The notes under the pieces: model-generated
What the model was told of the DNA's origin: nothing
Databases searched by the model: none
The model's input: only the letters and a program-made list of their open reading frames with translations
NCBI GenBank assembly: GCA_964392715.1
Contig: CAYMQI010000001.1
Location: 1-60,721, forward strand
Length of the DNA: 60,721 nt
Direction of reading: 5' to 3'
DNA from: an uncultured Pseudomonadales bacterium
GTDB taxonomy: Bacteria; Patescibacteriota; Microgenomatia; UBA1400; CAYNFZ01
Made by a program: the position numbers and the translations under genes
Part shown: piece after piece, positions 10,236 to 20,815 of the stretch
Layout: each line of letters begins with the position of its first letter
Position numbering within the stretch: the stretch's first letter is position 1

Positions 10236-11511
10236 TTTTCTCTCTTATCAATTTTCTAAGTAATTTAATGTACTCTTGTGCTTGCCTTTCCGGTTTAAGT
10301 CTTGGATCGATGTTTCTTCGTCTGTCATTTTTTGTTTCCAACATCATCATCAACTCCTGAGCCATTTTTTTTTGTTTACCAAGCGGAACAGACACCCTTT
10401 TATCTTTTTTGTCCATCAAATCACGGGCTACACCCATATCATACATTACCACTCTAGCTCCACAAGCTACCGCTTCATTAACCATCATTGGTCCACCGTC
10501 TTCAATCGAAGGACACCAAAACACATCACACGCATTATAGACAGTCGCCAAAACCCGTTCATCAACCGCACCTAAATGTTTATGTCTAAACTTTTGGGTC
10601 GCCAGTTTCAATTTATCCCCTGCACTTACAAGCAAAATATTCTTGGCTAGATCGGCGCGCTTTCTTACTAACTTTTCCAAACGAAGTAACACCTCATTAA
10701 TTTCTTTCGCTCCTTTCCTTCGCTCGCTCAAATTTCTGGCTCCAAAAAATATCACCAAGTCATCGTTTTTCATTTTCATCCTTCTTCTGCATCTCTGTTT
10801 ATTCATAGGTCTGTATTTTTTTGTATCGACAGCCAACAAAATTTTTATCGCCATTCTTTTTTCAAACAAATTATTCCCTCGCACTTTCTGATAGAGCCAT
10901 TCTGTCGGAGCCACCCAATTTATTGGTAATCCGGCCAAATGTCGTTTCTTGTACTTAATATTTTCATTTAGTATCTTTTTAAATCTCCTCACCATAACTT
11001 TATCTGCACATTTCAACCATTCCTTCACATCAGTTTCGTAATGATACCCTCCGGTTAAGGGCTCTAAATCCATCAACGTCCATACTATTGGCGCTTGTGT
11101 GGTTTGATGAATTTTCTGGATATCTTTGCTCGAGAGAAACCCATCAATCCAATGCAAAAAGACCAGATCAACATCTACTAAATATTTTTTAATCAATTCC
11201 ACATCCACACCGCTTTGATTCCAATTAAAACTAAAAGGCAGCGGTATCTCATTTAAAATTCTTTTCCTATATTCCTGATCCAACCAATAAATCAGCGCCC
11301 CCAAACTTCTCTTTTTACCAAGCCCATATTTCAGTTTAACCCACAAATTGCTGACTTCAACCACTCTTTTATCACTTGTTTCCTTTCTCCCAACAAGCAT
11401 CACTGAATCAACCCCTGCCCTTATCAAAGATGCATGAATTTGATACGCAGCCTTATTGGCTCCATCCGTATCGCGTCCGGAAAAATGTACTACTCGCAAC
11501 CTTCTTCTCAT
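10225..11511 (-). CDS. Glycosyltransferase, GT-B (family 1/4-like)
   Basis: 428 aa. C-terminal half reads LVIFFGARNLSERRKG ... VFWCPSIEDGGPMMVNEAVACGARVV (E-x7-E-like). Overlaps the downstream gene by 11 nt. Confidence 0.7.
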   Translation of the reverse strand: MRRRLRVVHFSGRDTDGANKAAYQIHASLIRAGVDSVMLVGRKETSDKRVVEVSNLWVKLKYGLGKKRSLGALIYWLDQEYRKRILNEIPLPFSFNWNQSGVDVELIKKYLVDVDLVFLHWIDGFLSSKDIQKIHQTTQAPIVWTLMDLEPLTGGYHYETDVKEWLKCADKVMVRRFKKILNENIKYKKRHLAGLPINWVAPTEWLYQKVRGNNLFEKRMAIKILLAVDTKKYRPMNKQRCRRRMKMKNDDLVIFFGARNLSERRKGAKEINEVLLRLEKLVRKRADLAKNILLVSAGDKLKLATQKFRHKHLGAVDERVLATVYNACDVFWCPSIEDGGPMMVNEAVACGARVVMYDMGVARDLMDKKDKRVSVPLGKQKKMAQELMMMLETKNDRRRNIDPRLKPERQAQEYIKLLRKLIREKNEE

Positions 11512-11515
11512 GATT

Positions 11516-12214
11516 TTATTGTTTGCGGATCACCAGAGCAGGAGGCACCACAAATTTTTCTGCTATTTGTCGTTGTCTTTTGGCGAAAAATTCATTCACT
11601 GCCTGTGCTACCCCGGGAAAATCGCCACCCGCATAGTCGTCCACCACCACAAATCCTCGCGGCACTAACTTATCAAACAATTCATTTAAACAATATACCG
11701 TGGATTCATACCAATCAGCATCAATATGAACCAAGGAGAGCTCTTTAAGCTTTAGTTTGGGAACAGATTCTTGAAACCACCCCCCCACAATTTTAACTTT
11801 CGCTGGCTCATACGAATCTACGGTTTTAAGAGCTTTAACCACATCTTGTTTTGAAGCTACCATTGTTCCCGCCCACTCTTTCATCAATTTGGTGTCAACA
11901 CCGCGCCTTTTTTTAGGTTTTGGATGTCCCGCAAATGAATCAAGTAACCAAATTTTGCGCTTCCATCTAGCCTTTTTAACAACATATGCCAACACAGCTC
12001 CACTACCCCCCCTGCAACTGCCACACTCAATCATGTCACCAGACAACTTTCTTGCTTCAATTTCCTGCGCCAAGACCAACAAGTTGGCCAAACGATCAGC
12101 AGATAACATGCTAAAAGCCCGTACGTCTTTGACCACTTTTTGTTCAACCGGAGTCAATCTCTCAATCTGACTAAGTGGAATCAATCCTAGATTTTTTAGA
12201 ATTTTTTGCCACAT
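11516..12214 (-). CDS. TylF/MycF-family (macrocin-type) sugar O-methyltransferase
   Basis: Motifs: GDMIECGSCRGGSGAVLA, LLDSFAGHPKP, VHIDADWYESTVYCLNELFDKLVPRGFVVVDDY. Confidence 0.75.
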   Translation of the reverse strand: MWQKILKNLGLIPLSQIERLTPVEQKVVKDVRAFSMLSADRLANLLVLAQEIEARKLSGDMIECGSCRGGSGAVLAYVVKKARWKRKIWLLDSFAGHPKPKKRRGVDTKLMKEWAGTMVASKQDVVKALKTVDSYEPAKVKIVGGWFQESVPKLKLKELSLVHIDADWYESTVYCLNELFDKLVPRGFVVVDDYAGGDFPGVAQAVNEFFAKRQRQIAEKFVVPPALVIRKQ

Positions 12215-12228
12215 GTGTTTTTGTTTAA

Positions 12229-13368
12229 CTATCCACTTATCCTATCATGATATTTATCAATAATACCCAACAATTCTCTCATTCTAATTTTGTAAACATG
12301 GTCTTTTTTAGTTCTATTCCTTCCCGCTTTTGCTATCGCCTGCCTCTCTTTCTCTTTGGCCAAATAATATCTAATTTTTTTTACACAATCATGTGCAGAT
12401 ATATAAATGACCATTTCCTTTCCATCTTCATAGCACTTACGATCGGTTTTTTCGTCGGTTAATAGCAAACTTCCCAAACCCGCCACTTCAAACAATCTCA
12501 TGGCGTGTGCCGCACCTTTGGCCATATCGACATGCGAGTGGATCACGATTCTGGCATTATATATCGCCTCAAGCATCTCCACCCCATCCAGTGGCCCCCT
12601 GTATTTTTCCTTGAGGTGGGGATACTCTTGCAGGTCGATACTCACCCTACCGTACAGCTCCAGCTCCGGCACTTTTTCTGCCACGTAGTTTAACAGTTCC
12701 AACCTCTGCTTGTGATCGGGGCTCAAACTCCCCACGAACAACACCAATATTTTTTTTCGCCATCTTTTCAAATCCATTGCCACATTGACCTCAAACCCCG
12801 GGTTTAGCAGCTCACAATTGACTCCCAATTCTCTGATCATCCGAACCAAAAAATCTGCTGTCGTTATCACCAGGTCATAGTGTTTCAATCTCTCCACCCC
12901 CAAAGATTTGGGGTTGGCTGAATGTAACACTAACATCAGCCCTTTATTTTTTTGCCTCAAAGCCTCAGCTTTTCCAAATACATTATAAAAAGTATAAATT
13001 ACATCAGGTTCAAAATTTTCGATCTGTTTCTGCACAATCAATCTAGCTAGCCACTCCGGCCATATTTGCTCGTCCCCACCTTGCACTCGCTTCAACATCA
13101 AATACACCCACACCCCAACGAAGATAGAGGGCCTCTTTTCTTTAAGCCAGGCCAATTGCACCTGCGGACAGTTATAAAAACAAGTTTCGGTTTCTTGTCC
13201 CAATTTCTCCAGGCCCTTACTGTAAAAGTCAGCCACACCCAACTTTTTACCCAACAAGGTTTTCATCTGCCACCGATACGAACGCTCAGCCAACTTGGGG
13301 GTTCTTTCGTATAGTTCCCGCCAATACTCACTATAGTATCCACTTACAAAGAAAAACTTATACTTCAC
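12229..13368 (-). CDS. CgeB-like protein with a Glyco_trans_1_2-type C-terminal domain
   Basis: C-terminus RLFEVAGLGSLLLTDEKTD ... YEDGKEMVIY ... YYLAKEKERQAIAKAGRNRTKKDHVY is typical of CgeB/DUF3880-type proteins. GTG start at 13368. Confidence 0.6.
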   Translation of the reverse strand: MKYKFFFVSGYYSEYWRELYERTPKLAERSYRWQMKTLLGKKLGVADFYSKGLEKLGQETETCFYNCPQVQLAWLKEKRPSIFVGVWVYLMLKRVQGGDEQIWPEWLARLIVQKQIENFEPDVIYTFYNVFGKAEALRQKNKGLMLVLHSANPKSLGVERLKHYDLVITTADFLVRMIRELGVNCELLNPGFEVNVAMDLKRWRKKILVLFVGSLSPDHKQRLELLNYVAEKVPELELYGRVSIDLQEYPHLKEKYRGPLDGVEMLEAIYNARIVIHSHVDMAKGAAHAMRLFEVAGLGSLLLTDEKTDRKCYEDGKEMVIYISAHDCVKKIRYYLAKEKERQAIAKAGRNRTKKDHVYKIRMRELLGIIDKYHDRISG

Positions 13369-13374
13369 TCTCTC

Positions 13375-14481
13375 TTATCGCCCATAGAATTTTTTAATCA
13401 TCTCCACAACATACTCTATTTGTCTAGGTGTCAGTTCCGCAAACATGGGCAATGATAATATTTTATCTTGATATTGTCTAGCCACCGGAAAATCATCTCC
13501 TTTGTGGCCCAGGTATTTATAGGCTCTCAGGAAGGGAAGGGGGGTTGGGTAATGGATTGCGGTTTCTATTCCCTTGCTTCTCAAAAACATCTGCAATCTG
13601 TCTCTGTCTTCAGCTCGAATCGCATACACATGAAAGACGTGTCTACTGCTATTTCTCACTTTTGGCATTGCTACTTCGTCAACATCAGCCAACAGCTTGT
13701 TATAGTACTCAGCCCACCTGCTTCGCGCTCGATTCCAGGATTTAACCTTCTTTAGTTTCACGCTCAATACCGCCGCTTGTATGCCATCCATGCGACTGTT
13801 AACCCCCTCCATCAAGTGTTCATGCTTAACCAGAGATCCGTGGTTGGCATACATTCTCACTTTTTCTGCTAGATTATCATCATCAGTCAGTACCGCTCCG
13901 GCATCGCCATAAGCGCCCAGATTTTTGCCAGGATAAAAACTGAAAGTGGCCACTTTTCCAAACTTACCTACCAATTTGCCGTGATACTCGGCAAAGTGTG
14001 CTTGTGCACAATCTTCGATTAGGGTGAGTTTATATTCTTTGGCAATTCTCTTGAGATTCTTCATATCGGCCGCTTGGCCGTACAGATGAACAGGAATAAT
14101 TGCTTTTGTTCTTTTAGTAATTTTTCTCTCTACGTCCTTTGGGTCAATCGTGAAATAATCAGCTTCCTCATCGGCAAACACCACCCTGGCTCCTGTTTGA
14201 GTCACCGTCTCCGAGGTCGAAATCCAAGTATTGGCCGCCGTGATCACTTCGCTGCCCCGACCCATCCCCAGCATCTTTAGAGTAATATATATAGCATCTG
14301 TACCGTTTCCCAGGCTTATACAGTGCTTCATTCCATAAGCCTTGGCAAATTTCTTCTCAAATCCTTCCACATATTCACCTCTGATATAGGCGCTTTTATT
14401 AATCACCTCAGTAATCGCTCTATCCATTTCCGGTTTCATCGTTTTATATTGAGCATATAGATCAACAAAGGGAACTCTCAT
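13375..14481 (-). CDS. DegT/DnrJ/EryC1-family sugar aminotransferase (WbpE/QdtB-like)
   Basis: Motifs: VPFVDLYAQY, LGNGTDAIYITL, IPVHLYGQ, IEDCAQA, FSFYPGKNLGAYGDAG (PLP lysine present). GGAG lies 5 nt upstream of the ATG. Confidence 0.85.
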   Translation of the reverse strand: MRVPFVDLYAQYKTMKPEMDRAITEVINKSAYIRGEYVEGFEKKFAKAYGMKHCISLGNGTDAIYITLKMLGMGRGSEVITAANTWISTSETVTQTGARVVFADEEADYFTIDPKDVERKITKRTKAIIPVHLYGQAADMKNLKRIAKEYKLTLIEDCAQAHFAEYHGKLVGKFGKVATFSFYPGKNLGAYGDAGAVLTDDDNLAEKVRMYANHGSLVKHEHLMEGVNSRMDGIQAAVLSVKLKKVKSWNRARSRWAEYYNKLLADVDEVAMPKVRNSSRHVFHVYAIRAEDRDRLQMFLRSKGIETAIHYPTPLPFLRAYKYLGHKGDDFPVARQYQDKILSLPMFAELTPRQIEYVVEMIKKFYGR

Positions 14482-14524
14482 TTAATCTCCAAAATCACAA
14501 TTTATACAATAAAAATATCATACA

Positions 14525-14553
14525 TTGATATTTAATAAAAAAAAAGCTATAAA
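14525..14553 (+). promoter_or_regulatory. Candidate sigma70-type promoter for the 14564 operon
   Basis: TTGATA (14525-14530), a 17-nt A-rich spacer containing an A9 run, then TATAAA (14548-14553). The ATG is only 10 nt downstream, which implies a very short or absent leader. Confidence 0.4.
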
Positions 14554-14563
14554 TATTCTGAAA

Positions 14564-15595
14564 ATGAAAAAAACATCAAAAAAACATGGAAAAATTAAAA
14601 TCGGTCTTATTGGCGGCGGTTATTGGGGTCAGAACCATGCTCGAGTTCTTTCAGAAATCAACTGTAACTTTGTTGGTATAGCCGACACAGACCCCGCCAA
14701 ACAAGCATTAGCCGATCAATATCACGTGCCCTATTTCAATAGCTACCAAAAACTTATTCTTCAAACTGACGCCGTCATCGTCGTTACACCCCCACAAACT
14801 CACTACGCTATCACCAAAGCCGCTCTCAGCGCTGGTAAACACGTTTTGGTAGAAAAACCGATTACCACAAAATTATTCCAAGCCAAACGCTTAGTTTCAC
14901 TTGCTAAAATCAAACATCTTCAATTAGCGGCTGGCCACGTTTTTCTCTACACACCAGCTTATCAATACATCAAGTCAGTTATAAAAAACAAAGAGCTCGG
15001 AGAAATTTACTACATTTACTCAAGAAGAGTTAATTTTGGCATCATCAGAAGTGATGTTAATGTTATCGACAATTTGATTCCTCACGACCTTTCAATTGTT
15101 GTCGATCTCCTGGGCAAACCCCTATCAGTCCAAGCTTTTGGTTATGACTTAATTCAGCCCGGCATCCATGATATTGGTTTTATCCACCTCAAATACCCAA
15201 AAAAAGTATCAGTCCATATTCATCTCAGTTGGCTAGATCCTCAGAAACAACGCCAGCTCATCATCGTCGGCAGCAAAAAAATGCTCATCTGGGACGATAC
15301 CAACAAAGATCAACCAATCGAAATTCACGACAAATCTTTCACCGTTCCCGATCAACTCCATCAGCTCAAAACGTGGAAAAGTTTCCAAGACTTCAAAATT
15401 ATCACTACTGCTGGCGAAATTACTCATCCCAAGATCCTCCTGAAAGAACCACTGAAGCTGGAAGTCTCACAATTCATTAATGATATCAATAATCACACCC
15501 CATCCATATCTGGTGGCAAACATGTAATAATCGTCACTTCCATTTCCCAAGCAATCCAGAAATCAATTGCCAAAAGTAGGTTGACTAAGATATGA
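14564..15595 (+). CDS. Gfo/Idh/MocA-family NAD-dependent sugar oxidoreductase (WbpB-like)
   Basis: KIKIGLIGGGYWGQNHARVL Rossmann N-terminus and GKHVLVEKP. I chose the ATG at 14564 over the TTG at 14525. Confidence 0.75.
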   Translation: MKKTSKKHGKIKIGLIGGGYWGQNHARVLSEINCNFVGIADTDPAKQALADQYHVPYFNSYQKLILQTDAVIVVTPPQTHYAITKAALSAGKHVLVEKPITTKLFQAKRLVSLAKIKHLQLAAGHVFLYTPAYQYIKSVIKNKELGEIYYIYSRRVNFGIIRSDVNVIDNLIPHDLSIVVDLLGKPLSVQAFGYDLIQPGIHDIGFIHLKYPKKVSVHIHLSWLDPQKQRQLIIVGSKKMLIWDDTNKDQPIEIHDKSFTVPDQLHQLKTWKSFQDFKIITTAGEITHPKILLKEPLKLEVSQFINDINNHTPSISGGKHVIIVTSISQAIQKSIAKSRLTKI

Positions 15596-16575
15596 AACGC
15601 AAAAAGATTGTAAACATCTTGCTCACCGCAGCCGGAACCATGAAAGGCCCGACAATGATTCATTATTTAAAACAACAGACTAAATATAATATCAGCATAA
15701 CTGCTTGTGATGCAGATGGATTATCTGCTGGGCTTTATTTAGCCGATAAACACTACCTTATTCCCAAAGTCACCGATAAAAATTATATTCCTGCCTTACT
15801 CGAAATTTGTAGGCAGGAAAAAATCAAAATTTTTATACCTCTTCTTTCTGATGAATTACTGCTTATTTCCAAACATAAGGAGGATTTAAGTAAACTCGGA
15901 GTAGCAGTCATCGTTGCTGATCCTCCTTGCATTGAGACCTGCGAGGATAAATGGTTAACATATAAACTATTCAACAAATTAGGAGTTCCCACACCCAAAA
16001 CCTGGCTTACATCAATGCTTCCCAAAAAGTCACACCTTCCTCTAGTGGTCAAACCTCGCGTTGGTAGCGGTGCCAAAGGCTTTAAACTAGTTGAGAATCA
16101 AACACAATTAAAACAAATAACAAAGCTTGAAAATCATATTGCCCAATCACTCGTAGAGGGAAAAGAATACACAACTGACTTTATTTGTGACAATAAAGGC
16201 CATCTCATCGGAGCTGTCACCAGAATCAGGCTCAAAGTCATGGAAGGTAAATCTGTCAAAGGTCAAACAGTAAACAATCCGTCAATAATAAAACACATCA
16301 AGAAAATAGCTTATGCAACTAAAATGTACGGCCCTGCTAATGTTCAATGTTTTGAAACCAAGCGAGGAAAATTGTTATTTACAGAAATTAACCCCAGATT
16401 GGCAGCCGGTGGTCTGCCCTTGTCAATTGTCGCCGGTCTAAATATTCCTCTACTATGTCTTCAACTTGGTCTTAAACACAAAATCAAAACACCCATCAAA
16501 ATCAAGCCAAACATCTATATGTTACGATATTTATCTGAAATCTTTATTGATCACAATAATCACAGTTTAAATTGA
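15592..16575 (+). CDS. ATP-grasp family ligase
   Basis: ATGA overlap with the upstream gene. Motifs: EDKWLTYKLFNKLGVPTPKTW, PLVVKPRVGSGAKGF, QSLVEGKEYTTD, FTEINPRLAAG. Confidence 0.75.
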   Translation: MKRKKIVNILLTAAGTMKGPTMIHYLKQQTKYNISITACDADGLSAGLYLADKHYLIPKVTDKNYIPALLEICRQEKIKIFIPLLSDELLLISKHKEDLSKLGVAVIVADPPCIETCEDKWLTYKLFNKLGVPTPKTWLTSMLPKKSHLPLVVKPRVGSGAKGFKLVENQTQLKQITKLENHIAQSLVEGKEYTTDFICDNKGHLIGAVTRIRLKVMEGKSVKGQTVNNPSIIKHIKKIAYATKMYGPANVQCFETKRGKLLFTEINPRLAAGGLPLSIVAGLNIPLLCLQLGLKHKIKTPIKIKPNIYMLRYLSEIFIDHNNHSLN

Positions 16576-16577
16576 GC

Positions 16578-17564
16578 ATGAAAGTTTTTATTACAGGCGG
16601 AGCTGGATTCATCGGCTCACACATTGTCGATTCGCTAGTTGTCAATGATCATCAAGTCACTGTTTACGACAATTTCTCATCAGGGCATATAGACAATCTT
16701 AAACATTTGGGAAACAAAATCAAAATTGTTCGCGGTGATATTCTAGACCTTGATAAACTCACACATTCCGCACAGGGGCATGATATCATTTCCCATCAAG
16801 CAGCTCAGCTTGAAATAATGCTAGCCCAAAATCACCCAGAAACCGATTTAGCATCAAACACAATTGGCTCTCTCAACGTACTCCAAACAGCCAGCAAAAA
16901 CAAAATACAACATCTGATTATGGCGTCTTCTGCCTGTGTCTATGGCCAACCCATATATTTACCTCAGGATGAAAATCACCCCACCAACCCCAATTGGAGC
17001 TATGGCGTTTCAAAACTTGCAATGGAGAAATATGCACAAATCTACGCCAAAACTCAAAATATAAACATTACTTTGCTTCGCTATGGTATTGTTTACGGTC
17101 CAAGAGAATGGTATCGACGAGCACTAACCTTATTTATAAAACGAGCCATAAACAAACAATCCCCCGTTATTTTTGGAACCGGTCGACAGTTTAGAGATCT
17201 AATTTATGTGCAAGACATCGCTAACTTTCATTCAATATGTCTGAATCAAAAAACTACCTCAAACCAAACATACAATCTTGGAAGCGGTAAAAAATATTCA
17301 ATTAGACAACTGGCCAATAAAGTTTGCAAGCTTTCGGGCTACAAGTTCAAACCTATTACAGAACCAGTCTCAGAAGGTGAGTGTTCACGTTTGATTAGGG
17401 GCAAAACTAGAAACATCAACGACCTCTCCGGCATGTTTCTAGATATTACCAAAGCAAAAAAATTAGGATGGAAACCTCAAACAAATCTTGCCGACGGCAT
17501 TTCCCAAAGTATCTCATGGTATAAAAAAAATAAAAGCAGATGGAACAAAATCGCCGGAGCCTAA
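16578..17564 (+). CDS. NAD-dependent sugar epimerase/dehydratase (extended SDR, GalE-like)
   Basis: Motifs: VFITGGAGFIGSH, SSACVYG, YGVSKLAMEKY (YxxxK). Confidence 0.8.
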   Translation: MKVFITGGAGFIGSHIVDSLVVNDHQVTVYDNFSSGHIDNLKHLGNKIKIVRGDILDLDKLTHSAQGHDIISHQAAQLEIMLAQNHPETDLASNTIGSLNVLQTASKNKIQHLIMASSACVYGQPIYLPQDENHPTNPNWSYGVSKLAMEKYAQIYAKTQNINITLLRYGIVYGPREWYRRALTLFIKRAINKQSPVIFGTGRQFRDLIYVQDIANFHSICLNQKTTSNQTYNLGSGKKYSIRQLANKVCKLSGYKFKPITEPVSEGECSRLIRGKTRNINDLSGMFLDITKAKKLGWKPQTNLADGISQSISWYKKNKSRWNKIAGA

Positions 17565-17565
17565 A

Positions 17566-18150
17566 ATGAATAAAATAATCTTTGATTTTGACCAAACGCT
17601 ATATAACATAAAAACAGACTGGAAATTGTTAAAAGAAGAAATCAATCAATTACTAGAATTTAATCAGTTGCCAGCAATTTCCACAAAGCTTTTTGAACAT
17701 CTTTATACCGCTTTCCTTTCAATGCCAAACCATCCACTAATTCCACGCATAAGCCAACTCATTTCCTCGTTTGAGGAGTCTGGAATCAGAACTGGTAACC
17801 CTCTTCCGCTATTTGAGGATGTCAAGTTAATAACAAAATTATCGCATGCACCAATGATTATATATACTCAAAACACACAAACAGTTGTAAAAAAATTTTT
17901 CATTAAGCAGTCAATAAACAATGTCAAAGTGATAGGAAGATTGTCCAATAGTTTTTTGCCAAAAAATCATCAAGAATGTATCAGCAGATTTAACCATTTT
18001 TTAAACAAAAATCACAAGGTTGCACAACTAACATTTGTTGGAGACAGTCAAGTCGACGCTGAAATCGCAGCCAAGTTAAACGCGAAATTTATTAGAGCAA
18101 ATAACAATACAGAAATATTCAATTATCACAAACTAACATTTACGCATTAA
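17566..18150 (+). CDS. HAD-superfamily phosphatase/hydrolase
   Basis: MNKIIFDFDQTLY carries the DxD nucleophile motif; FVGDSQVDAE lies near the C-terminus. The ATG at 17566 sits 1 nt after the upstream stop. Confidence 0.65.
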   Translation: MNKIIFDFDQTLYNIKTDWKLLKEEINQLLEFNQLPAISTKLFEHLYTAFLSMPNHPLIPRISQLISSFEESGIRTGNPLPLFEDVKLITKLSHAPMIIYTQNTQTVVKKFFIKQSINNVKVIGRLSNSFLPKNHQECISRFNHFLNKNHKVAQLTFVGDSQVDAEIAAKLNAKFIRANNNTEIFNYHKLTFTH

Positions 18151-18153
18151 AAC

Positions 18154-18879
18154 ATGCAGATTAAAAAGAACAAACTCGACAATATTTACAAATGCCATAC
18201 AGAAGAAAGCGGTTTTGAGTCCAAGCTCTTAAAGTACAAAACACAAGAAATTCTTTTCCACCTCAAAGGACCGAAAGTTCTAGACTTGGGATGTGGCGTG
18301 GGGATGATAACCAAAGCTCTAGCCTCAAACGTCAAAGTTTGCGTCGGTGTTGACGGTTCACCCCAAAAAATAGCCGTGGCCAAAAGAAAAAACAAAGCTT
18401 CAAATCTTACTTACTTCTGCACACTATTCGAGGATTATCAACCAAAATTTAAATTTAGCTCTATTGTTATGACCAATGTCCTGGAGCATATTCCCAAACC
18501 TATTCCATTTTTGAAACTACTCAAGGCTTGGCTCACTCCCACTGGAAGGCTTATTATCACAGTTCCCAACGCCAAAGCCTTTCACAAGCTTCTTGGCCAT
18601 AATATGGGCCTCATCACCAACTACTATCAACTAACTCCGGCCGATACAAGCCGCGGCCATTTTCATATGTACGACCTTCCCAAACTTAAACGTCACCTGA
18701 AAATGGCTGGTTACACCACTCCAGTGCTTTCTGGTTTCTTTTTCAAACCATTCTCTTCTGCCCAGATGGAAATCTATTCTGACGAAATTCTTGACGGCCT
18801 CTACTCTATCGGCAAGCACTATCCCAGACTCTGTTCAAGCCTAATTGTTCTGGCTCAACCGCGACTCAGGAGCAAGTGA
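18154..18879 (+). CDS. Class I SAM-dependent methyltransferase
   Basis: Motifs: VLDLGCGVGMIT, VGVDGS, VMTNVLEHI, PTGRLIITVPN. Confidence 0.75.
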   Translation: MQIKKNKLDNIYKCHTEESGFESKLLKYKTQEILFHLKGPKVLDLGCGVGMITKALASNVKVCVGVDGSPQKIAVAKRKNKASNLTYFCTLFEDYQPKFKFSSIVMTNVLEHIPKPIPFLKLLKAWLTPTGRLIITVPNAKAFHKLLGHNMGLITNYYQLTPADTSRGHFHMYDLPKLKRHLKMAGYTTPVLSGFFFKPFSSAQMEIYSDEILDGLYSIGKHYPRLCSSLIVLAQPRLRSK

Positions 18880-20783
18880 GCGTTTAACACTCTCCAAAAA
18901 TGTCCCGCTTCCAACAAACTCCAACTGTTTGTCCGGATTTTTTCCCTAACCCAACCTCTAATTTTTTTTCCATCCCACAATTCAGATTTTAAGAATTTTT
19001 CGGAATTAACCTCCCTTAAAACCCATTCTTTCATTTCGCCGCCAAACCATTCTTGCATCGGCGCATTCAAACCAATTTTTATTTTGCGTCGCCTTACTTT
19101 TTCAGCGATCACCCCCTTAGCTGCGTCACGAAGAATTCTTTTTGTATAACCGCCGCCAACTCTGGAGCTCAAAGGTAAACTAAACACAAAACACACAAGC
19201 CGCCAATCCAAAAACGGCATCCGCACTTCTACTCCATGCAACATTGACGCCTGATCAAAATTACGCAGAATAGATGGTAGAGTTGTCTGGTGAAAATTAA
19301 TATAAATTTGTTTTTCAATTTTGTTTAACCCCGACAAATCTTCTGTCTGGAAGTAAGGCGAAACTATATTGAGTGATTCTGGTGACTTTAGTTTTAACAA
19401 ATCTGCAACACTATTATTCTCACTCTGATATTTCTCTCTCAACACTTTTGCCAGCGCATGCATTTTATGTCTCCATTTGGCAGTATCTGGCCCAGGATAA
19501 TCTCTCTTGATTCTTTCTCTCTCTTCGATTGTGTTCATACCCAAATAGATCTTCCATAGTTGTCTCGCCAATTTTTTGTTTTCTCCCTCCCAAGCGAATA
19601 AATAGTAATCCCCAACCAAGTTTTGATATCCAAACAGCATTTCATCAACTCCGTGTCCATCCATAGATACCTTGATCCGATCCTGAGCCATAAACTCATA
19701 GATCACACTAGCTATTTGCGGAGACACAGAGACAATACCGCTGTGAAGAGTGCTTTTCTCTATATTCTTCAACAAACTTGCGAGCCTACATTTTATATAG
19801 CGGGCCTTCCCTCCAATATAATCTACTCCTGCTCTTGCAAAATCACTCTCATCCAGGCCTGTGTTTTCAAATACTGCGACATAGGCCTTGTTCCATTCTT
19901 TGGGCAGTCGGCCATCTTTTTTGGCCGCCTTAGCCGCCCTCTTCACAAAACTGTATACGCACATTGAATCAATTCCTCCGGACACAGCCGAAGCTACCGG
20001 CACATCGCTTCTCAATCTTAATCTGCAAGCATCTTCAAACAGTCGTCTGAATTTTTCTACTTGTCTATTGTAATTTCTGGGTACTTCAACCAAATGTTGC
20101 AATGTTGACCACCACCTTTTAACTTCGCCTTGTAGACTAGCATCAATTTTTGCATAGTGACCTGGCGGAATTTTATAAATATCTTTATAAATACTCAGGC
20201 CGACCCCCTCAAGCGAGAAGGGTTTTTTAATCGCCATTGCCAGCATTTTTTCGTCAATCTTTTTTTTGAATGTAGGCAGTTCATCAAATACGCACAGCTC
20301 CGAAGCAAACGCTAGTAATTTTCCCGGCTTAAAAACAAATGCTAGTGGCTTAATCCCAAATCTATCTCGCGCTAAAAAAATACTCTCTTTTTTCTTGTCC
20401 CAAATTGCCAAGGCCCACATGCCGTTAAATTTTTCCAAACATTTTTCACCCCACTTATCAAACGCTGCCATCACAATTTCTGTATCAGTTCTGGTTCTAA
20501 ATTTGTAACCCAAATTCTCCAATTCCTTCTTTAACTCCAAAAAGTTATAAACCTCACCATTAAACACGATCCAGTAGCGATTCATATATTCCATGGGTTG
20601 TAAACCAGCATCTGAAGTATCCAGGATTGACAATCTTCTGTGCCCCAAGATCAAATTGGCTCTGCGATCAACATACACACCCTCACCATCAGGGCCACGA
20701 TGGGCAATCGTCCTCAGCATTCGCCGCATACTCGGCTTATCTATTTTTCTATCTTTTCTCCATACCCCCGCTATTCCGCACAT
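18855..20783 (-). CDS. asnB: Asparagine synthase (glutamine-hydrolysing) family amidotransferase, paralogue 2
   Basis: Motifs: MCGIAGVW, RLSILD, FNGEVYNF, SGGIDS. AAGGA lies upstream of the ATG. The 3' end overlaps the convergent methyltransferase gene by 25 nt. Confidence 0.85.
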   Translation of the reverse strand: MCGIAGVWRKDRKIDKPSMRRMLRTIAHRGPDGEGVYVDRRANLILGHRRLSILDTSDAGLQPMEYMNRYWIVFNGEVYNFLELKKELENLGYKFRTRTDTEIVMAAFDKWGEKCLEKFNGMWALAIWDKKKESIFLARDRFGIKPLAFVFKPGKLLAFASELCVFDELPTFKKKIDEKMLAMAIKKPFSLEGVGLSIYKDIYKIPPGHYAKIDASLQGEVKRWWSTLQHLVEVPRNYNRQVEKFRRLFEDACRLRLRSDVPVASAVSGGIDSMCVYSFVKRAAKAAKKDGRLPKEWNKAYVAVFENTGLDESDFARAGVDYIGGKARYIKCRLASLLKNIEKSTLHSGIVSVSPQIASVIYEFMAQDRIKVSMDGHGVDEMLFGYQNLVGDYYLFAWEGENKKLARQLWKIYLGMNTIEERERIKRDYPGPDTAKWRHKMHALAKVLREKYQSENNSVADLLKLKSPESLNIVSPYFQTEDLSGLNKIEKQIYINFHQTTLPSILRNFDQASMLHGVEVRMPFLDWRLVCFVFSLPLSSRVGGGYTKRILRDAAKGVIAEKVRRRKIKIGLNAPMQEWFGGEMKEWVLREVNSEKFLKSELWDGKKIRGWVREKIRTNSWSLLEAGHFWRVLNAHLLLSRG

Positions 20784-20815
20784 ATATCCTTAAGTAATTC
20801 TCAACGAACGATTAA